DNA of 11,363 nucleotides from a virus (Duplodnaviria; Heunggongvirae; Uroviricota; Caudoviricetes): IMG/VR virus record IMGVR_UViG_2740892322_000008; one strand, 5' to 3'. Shown piece by piece: positions 6,749 to 11,363 of this stretch (position 1 is its first letter; each line of letters starts with the position of its first letter). The notes under the pieces were generated by a model. It saw only the letters and a program-made list of their open reading frames with translations, ran no database searches and was not told where the DNA came from. The position numbers and the translations under genes were made by a program.

Positions 6749-7288
6749 ATGCAACCACTTACATACCAACAGACTAGCGGATTTAGCCCGACTGCGGTGA
6801 TAAATCGTTCTCAAACAAAACAGGTGCCAGGCCACGAAAAAATCCGTGATGCCGTCCGCGCCTGGTCGGCTGTAGATAATCAGGATGTCGTTGCCACACT
6901 CATTGTGAATGAGTATCTGGAGCAGGGCGGCGGCACCATCGATTTCCCTGATGATGTCAGCCGTGCACGCCAGAAGCTGTTCCGCTTCCTCGATAACAAA
7001 TTCGATTCTGAAAAATACCGAAATAACGTGCGTGAACTGACCCCGGCAATTCTGGCGGTACTACCGCTGGAATATCGCGGTTACCTGGTTGAGCAGGATA
7101 GCTTCATGGCTAGGTTGGCTGAAATGGAAAAGGAACTCAGTGAGGCAAAACAGGCTGTCATTCTCAACGCACCACGCCACCAGAAACTGAAGGAAATTAG
7201 TGAAGGTATTGTGTCGATGTTTCGTGTGGACCCAGATCTGGCTGGTCCATTGATGGCGATGGTTACTACCATGCTGGGGGCGATATGA
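6749..7288 (+). CDS. Putative CII-position regulatory protein (179 aa; possibly Phage_CP76/YdaT-like)
   Basis: Lies between cro and the O-like gene, where lambda has cII. Strong SD (AGGAG, 7-nt spacer). The family assignment rests on recollection of motifs (EYLEQGGG, LTPAILAVLP) and is unverified. Confidence 0.5.
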   Translation: MQPLTYQQTSGFSPTAVINRSQTKQVPGHEKIRDAVRAWSAVDNQDVVATLIVNEYLEQGGGTIDFPDDVSRARQKLFRFLDNKFDSEKYRNNVRELTPAILAVLPLEYRGYLVEQDSFMARLAEMEKELSEAKQAVILNAPRHQKLKEISEGIVSMFRVDPDLAGPLMAMVTTMLGAI

Positions 7289-7375
7289 CAGGTTCAGAAA
7301 TGGCGAAAGCCGGTCTGCTGGAACAGAACCGACTTTCAGGTGCAAATCGTAACACACTCATTGCGGGAGGAATTA

Positions 7376-8304
7376 TGGCAAACACTGCTGAGATATTCAA
7401 TTTTCCAGTGCCGGATGCGGCACAAAAGGAGCCGCGCGTGGCAGATCTCGATGATGGTTATACGCGCATTGCAAATGAGTTGCTGGAAGCTGTGATGCTG
7501 GCCGGATTAACACAGCACCAGCTTCTGGTCTTTCTGGCTGTCATGCGCAAAACATATGGCTTTAATAAAAAACTGGATTGGGTTAGCAACGAGCAACTTT
7601 CCGAATTAACCGGGATATTGCCGCACAAGTGTTCTGCTGCAAAAAGTGTTCTGGTAAAGCGTGGGATTTTTATTCAGAGCGGGCGGAATACCGGCATTAA
7701 TAATGTGGTCAGTGAATGGTCAACATTACCCGAATCAGGTAAGAAAAATAAAGTTTACCTGAAAGAGGTAAATTTACCTGAATCAGGTAAAAAAAGTTTA
7801 CCCAAATCAGGTAAAGGCGTTTACCCGAATCAGGTAAACACAAAAGACAAACTAACAAAAGACAATATAAAACCTTTTTCGTCCGAGAATTCTGGCGAAT
7901 CCTCTGACCAACCAGAAAACGATCTTCCTGTGGTGAAACCGGATGCTGCAATTCAGAGCGGCAGCAAGTGGGGGACAGCAGAAGACCTGACCGCCGCAGA
8001 GTGGATGTTTGACATGGTGAAGACCATCGCGCCATCAGCCAGAAAACCGAATTTTGCAGGGTGGGCTAACGATATCCGCCTGATGCGTGAACGTGACGGA
8101 CGTAACCACCGCGACATGTGCGTGCTGTTCCGCTGGGCATGCCAGGACAACTTCTGGTCCGGTAACGTGCTAAGTCCGGCCAAACTCCGCGACAAGTGGA
8201 CCCAACTCGAAATCAACCGTAACAAGCAACAGGCAGGCGTGACAGCTAGCAAACCAAAACTCGACCTGACAAACACAGACTGGATTTACGGGGTGGATCT
8301 ATGA
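7376..8304 (+). CDS. O: Replication initiator, lambda O-like (Phage_rep_O N-terminal domain; 309 aa from ATG 7375-7377, alternative start 7285)
   Basis: N-terminal domain DGYTRIANELLEAVMLAGLTQHQLLVFLAVMRKTYGFNKK... matches phage replication protein O. Contains the iteron origin in its central linker and ends overlapping the P start (ATGA). The ATG at 7375-7377 has SD GGGAGG 4 nt upstream; the ORF also opens at 7285, overlapping the upstream stop. Confidence 0.85.
7726..7880. repeat. Replication origin: five about 17-bp palindromic iterons (TTACCYRAATCAGGTAA) plus an adjacent AT-rich tract, inside the O gene
   Basis: Iteron cores at 7726-7742, 7755-7771 (degenerate), 7774-7790, 7798-7814 and 7821-7837, each an imperfect TTACC...GGTAA palindrome, followed by the A/T-rich 7839-7880. 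Same logic as lambda ori within O; the iteron sequence differs from lambda's. Confidence 0.75.
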
Positions 8305-9002
8305 AAAACATCGCCGCACAGATGATTAACTTTGACCGTGAGCAGATGCGTCGGATCGCCAACAACATGCCGGAACAGTACGACGAAAAGCCGCAGGTAC
8401 AGCAGGTAGCGCAGATAATCAACGGTGTATTCAGCCAGTTACTGGCAACTTTCCCGGCGAGCCTGGCTAATCGTGACCAGAACGAACTGAACGAAATCCG
8501 CCGCCAGTGGGTTCTGGCTTTCCGGGAAAACGGGATCACCACGATGGAGCAGGTGAGCGACGGAATGCGTGTTGCCCGTCGGCAGAATAGACCATTTCTG
8601 CCATCACCCGGGCAGTTTGTTGCATGGTGCCGGGAAGAAGCATCCGTTACCGCCGGGCTGCCAAACGTCAGCGAGCTGGTTGATATGGTTTACGAGTATT
8701 GCCGGAAGCGTGGTCTGTATCCGGATGCAGAGTCTTATCCGTGGAAATCAAACGCGCACTACTGGCTGGTTACCAACCTGTATCAGAACATGCGGGCCAA
8801 TGCGTTGACTGACGCGGAATTACGGCGCAAGGCTGCCGATGAACTGGCCTGTATGACCGCGCGAATTAACCGTGGTGAGGCTATACCTGAACCAGTAAAA
8901 CAACTTCCTGTCATGGGCGGTAGGCCTCTAAATCGTGCACAGGCTCTGGCGAAGATCGCAGAAATCAAAGCTAAGTTCGGGCTGAAAGGAGCGATGAAAT
9001 AG
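8301..9002 (+). CDS. P: Lambda P replication protein (DnaB helicase loader, 233 aa)
   Basis: Translation MKNIAAQMINFDREQMRRIANNMPEQYDEKPQVQQVAQIINGVFSQLLATFPASLANRDQNE... is essentially identical to lambda P as I recall it. ATGA overlap with the O stop. Confidence 0.95.
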   Translation: MKNIAAQMINFDREQMRRIANNMPEQYDEKPQVQQVAQIINGVFSQLLATFPASLANRDQNELNEIRRQWVLAFRENGITTMEQVSDGMRVARRQNRPFLPSPGQFVAWCREEASVTAGLPNVSELVDMVYEYCRKRGLYPDAESYPWKSNAHYWLVTNLYQNMRANALTDAELRRKAADELACMTARINRGEAIPEPVKQLPVMGGRPLNRAQALAKIAEIKAKFGLKGAMK

Positions 9003-9165
9003 AGCTAAAGTATTAGCTTAAAAATAAAGTATACCTAGCGAATATAATCTAGGACTAGTTGTAACGCCCGAAATGATTGATTGCGTGAGCAACAAAATTT
9101 TTCTTCCATTGTTGTGAAATCATTTAGCCATAAAGTTTATGCAGAGATTTTATTTTATTTTTGAG

Positions 9166-9193
9166 TTGATTTTTTTGTAACGAGCTGTATATT
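9166..9193 (+). promoter_or_regulatory. Candidate sigma-70 promoter upstream of the adhesin gene
   Basis: TTGATT (9166-9171), 16-nt spacer, TATATT (9188-9193), inside a strongly AT-rich 250-bp region. AT-rich DNA yields many chance matches, so this is weak. Confidence 0.25.
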
Positions 9194-9251
9194 TCGCGCC
9201 TCTTGTCATACCAGTTATTTTTTTCATTATATTCATAACGTTGATTGAACT

Positions 9252-11363
9252 ATGACCACTGTGAATAAAAAGTTAAAAAAAACTGCATCTGGCGCGATTA
9301 CATGGTCGGTAATTGTTACCCAGATATTATCTCCAGTTTCTCTTTCTTTGATCCCAGCAAACAGTTTTGCATCATCTGGTAATAAAGATGTTACGCAAAT
9401 TTATGCCAGCGATGAGCATGCAAATAAAGTGGCCTCATTTGCAGCAAGTGCAGGTCAGAGCCTGGCGAATAATAATGCAAGTAGTTTTGCTGTAAATACT
9501 TTATCAACTCAGGCGACAAAAGAGGTCGTCGACTGGTTGCAACAATATGGCAATGCGCGCATCAAGCTTAATGTCGATGATTCTTTTTCCTTGAAGGATT
9601 CATCATTCGACTTTTTATATCCATGGCTGGATACTCAGGATTATGTGTTATTCAGTCAGACATCACTACATCGTACTGATGACCGAAATCAGACCAATAT
9701 TGGTTTGGGGATTCGTCATTTCACTCCTGATAACGCAATGTTGGGTGCGAATGTTTTCTATGATTACGATTTAAGTCGTAGTCACTCTCGTGCAGGTTTT
9801 GGGGTTGAGTACTGGAGGGATTATTTCAGGCTTGGTGTAAATACCTATTTTGGTCTATCTGACTGGAAGAACAGTCGTGATATTGATGATTATCTGGAAA
9901 GACCTGCAAATGGCTGGGATTTTTCTGCTGAAGGATGGCTACCTGCTTATCCGCAATTAGGGGCATCTATTCAGTTTGAAAAATATTATGGTAAAAATGT
10001 CGGGTTATTTGGAAGCGATAACCTGCAGGAAAACCCTTACGCAGTTACTGGGGGAATTTCTTATACACCAGTTCCTCTGATTAAGTTTTCTGCACAGCAT
10101 AAGCAAGGACAGAGCAACACTCACGATACAACCTTTGGTGTTGAGTTTAATTATCGCCCGGGCGTTTCCTTGGCTGAACAGCTTAGCAGCGATAATGTTG
10201 CAGTTATGCGAGAAGTCCAGAACCGGCGTTATGATTTTGTTGAACGAAATAACAACATTGTTCTGGAGTACAAGAAGAAGCATGCACTGAAAATCAGTTT
10301 GCCAGAGTCTGTTCAGGGGGAGGGGGAATCAATCATCCCTGTAACACTGACAATCAACAATGCTAGTGGTGGTATCAAGTCTGTACAGTGGAATGATAGT
10401 GCATTCACTGCGGCTGGCGGCAAGATCAGTGGAAATGGCACATCATGGCAGATCACTTTACCGGCTTATAAAAGCGAAGGTGTAAATTCGTGGAATGTTG
10501 GAGCCACAGTACAGGATAACAGAGGCAACGTTTCCAACTATGCCGTGATGAATATTAGCGTTACTGATAGTGATGTATCGACAGCTGATTCGTCTTTTAC
10601 ACTGGATGGAGATTCGTCGCCGACGATCTCTGCTGATAGCCAATCCACTTATCCGATAGTATTAAGCCTGAAAGATAGTAACGGTAAGGCATTAACCGGA
10701 CTGGCTGATGACATTGAAATGTCAGTGGAATTTACAGCAGATAGCAATAGTGCTCGACAGCGTGAAACGGTAACTGCTCCGTCATTAGGCGCGGTAGAGG
10801 AAATCTCTGCTGGGGTATATCGCTCTGTTCTGGCTGCTGGTTCGCAGGCTGGTACGGTACGTGTAACTGCAAAAGTTCAGGGAAAAACCTTTACTCTGAA
10901 TATTAAGCAAACAGCAACAACAGAACCTGATTCTGAGGTCAGTGCTGTTTTAACCGCTGCACCAGCAGAACAGGTAGTTGGTTACAATATCAATCTACAA
11001 CTGGCAGTGAAGGATTCACAAGGAAATGCAATCACTGGTGATAACACTCTGAGCTTTTATGCTCTTAACCAGGCAGAAGGAGTCGAGTTTGGGACTGTAA
11101 CGGAAAAAGACGGTGTCTATAGCGCGACAGTAACTTCAAAACGAGCTGGTAAGATTACTATCGGTGTTAAATCTGATAGTCATGATTTCTCAGGTGTTAA
11201 GAAAGAAATCACCTTTATTGAGGACCGGCAGCAGGTTACATTCTCTCAGTTTGAAGCCAGCCAAAATAATGCATTGGCTGATGGAAAACAGAGTAAGCGT
11301 AAACTGACCGCCGTATGTAGCCATCAGACGAGAATTGGTAACTTAGACGCCCATCTGATATAG
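9252..11363 (+). CDS. Inverse autotransporter adhesin (intimin/invasin family, FdeC/YeeJ-like); 703 codons, probably C-terminally truncated
   Basis: N-terminal signal-like segment, then the inverse-autotransporter beta-barrel domain (FSLKDSSFDFLYPWLDTQDYVLFSQTSLHRTDDRNQTNIGLGIRHFTP ... RYDFVERNNNIVLEYKKK), matching YeeJ/FdeC motifs from memory, then at least three Big_1-type Ig-like repeats. The last 16 codons depart from the repeat pattern just after a new repeat begins, and the stop coincides with the window end. Confidence 0.85.
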   Translation: MTTVNKKLKKTASGAITWSVIVTQILSPVSLSLIPANSFASSGNKDVTQIYASDEHANKVASFAASAGQSLANNNASSFAVNTLSTQATKEVVDWLQQYGNARIKLNVDDSFSLKDSSFDFLYPWLDTQDYVLFSQTSLHRTDDRNQTNIGLGIRHFTPDNAMLGANVFYDYDLSRSHSRAGFGVEYWRDYFRLGVNTYFGLSDWKNSRDIDDYLERPANGWDFSAEGWLPAYPQLGASIQFEKYYGKNVGLFGSDNLQENPYAVTGGISYTPVPLIKFSAQHKQGQSNTHDTTFGVEFNYRPGVSLAEQLSSDNVAVMREVQNRRYDFVERNNNIVLEYKKKHALKISLPESVQGEGESIIPVTLTINNASGGIKSVQWNDSAFTAAGGKISGNGTSWQITLPAYKSEGVNSWNVGATVQDNRGNVSNYAVMNISVTDSDVSTADSSFTLDGDSSPTISADSQSTYPIVLSLKDSNGKALTGLADDIEMSVEFTADSNSARQRETVTAPSLGAVEEISAGVYRSVLAAGSQAGTVRVTAKVQGKTFTLNIKQTATTEPDSEVSAVLTAAPAEQVVGYNINLQLAVKDSQGNAITGDNTLSFYALNQAEGVEFGTVTEKDGVYSATVTSKRAGKITIGVKSDSHDFSGVKKEITFIEDRQQVTFSQFEASQNNALADGKQSKRKLTAVCSHQTRIGNLDAHLI

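Larger units (their letters stand above)
1..9002. mobile_element. Lambdoid prophage early region (integration, recombination, immunity and replication modules); late region not present in window
   Basis: Contiguous, co-oriented phage genes in canonical lambda order (int-xis-...-exo-bet-gam-[pL]-cI-[pRM/pR]-cro-cII-like-O-P) with overlapping start/stop codons typical of phage operons. attL is expected just left of position 1, outside the window. Confidence 0.9.

Noticed and set aside
7285-7375. Upstream start for the O-like gene at 7285 (339-aa version)
   Set aside because: Not excluded, but the ATG at 7375 has a strong SD (GGGAGG) and yields a size close to lambda O; the first 30 codons carry no replication-domain features. 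Kept as an alternative in the feature evidence.
7726-7838. Short tandem palindromic repeats considered as a CRISPR array
   Set aside because: Repeats are about 17 bp with about 6-bp irregular spacers, lie inside the O coding frame, and are followed by an AT-rich tract; this is a lambdoid iteron origin, not a CRISPR repeat-spacer array.
7061-8968. Alternate-frame or antisense ORFs within the CII-like, O and P genes (7061..7357 -, 7081..7272 -, 7709..8035 -, 7953..8276 -, 8246..8542 -, 8569..8808 +, 8783..8968 -)
   Set aside because: Embedded in well-supported replication genes; several are rich in Cys/Arg/Ser as expected from reading the wrong frame.
9003-9030. Hairpin AGCTAA-agta-TTAGCT right after the P stop as an intrinsic terminator
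   Set aside because: The 6-bp A/T-rich stem is followed by A-rich rather than U-rich sequence on the plus strand, so it is a poor intrinsic terminator candidate.
10005-10643. Minus-strand ORFs (10005..10283, 10458..10643) inside the adhesin gene
   Set aside because: Antisense to a CDS with clear inverse-autotransporter beta-domain and Ig-like repeats; no start context or motifs.
11316-11363. Possible IS-element terminal inverted repeat at the window end (TGTAG...AATTGGT)
   Set aside because: Only scattered resemblance to IS30-type ends from memory and no contiguous match to any IS terminus I can recall; kept only as a possibility under the truncation finding.

Overview
The window is the early (left-arm and immunity/replication) region of a mosaic lambdoid prophage, followed by an AT-rich junction and an inverse-autotransporter (intimin/invasin-family) adhesin gene. 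On the minus strand, from the left: a lambda-family tyrosine integrase (1..1143), excisionase, three small accessory genes (79-aa hypothetical, ASCH-like, TraR/DksA-like zinc finger), an intrinsic terminator, then a lambda-type block (ea8.5-like, orf63-like, orf60a-like, exo, bet, gam) and one small ORF in the position lambda uses for kil/cIII. No N-like antiterminator gene is seen between gam and the repressor. The immunity region has a LexA/S24-type CI repressor (minus) and a Cro-like HTH protein (plus), with divergent pRM/pR and a pL, all carrying GTTGTT/AACAAC operator-like palindromes. Rightward genes are a CII-position regulator, an O-like initiator containing an iteron origin, and a lambda-type P. 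No nin/Q/lysis/structural genes follow P; instead a strongly AT-rich 250-bp region leads into a 703-codon FdeC/YeeJ-like adhesin ORF that appears C-terminally truncated. All homology calls are from reading the translations and from memory of the lambda proteins; no database search was run. The points most worth follow-up are the N-less pL leader with a perfect 10-bp inverted repeat, the unexplained small ORF downstream of pL, and the adhesin gene abutting the replication module.
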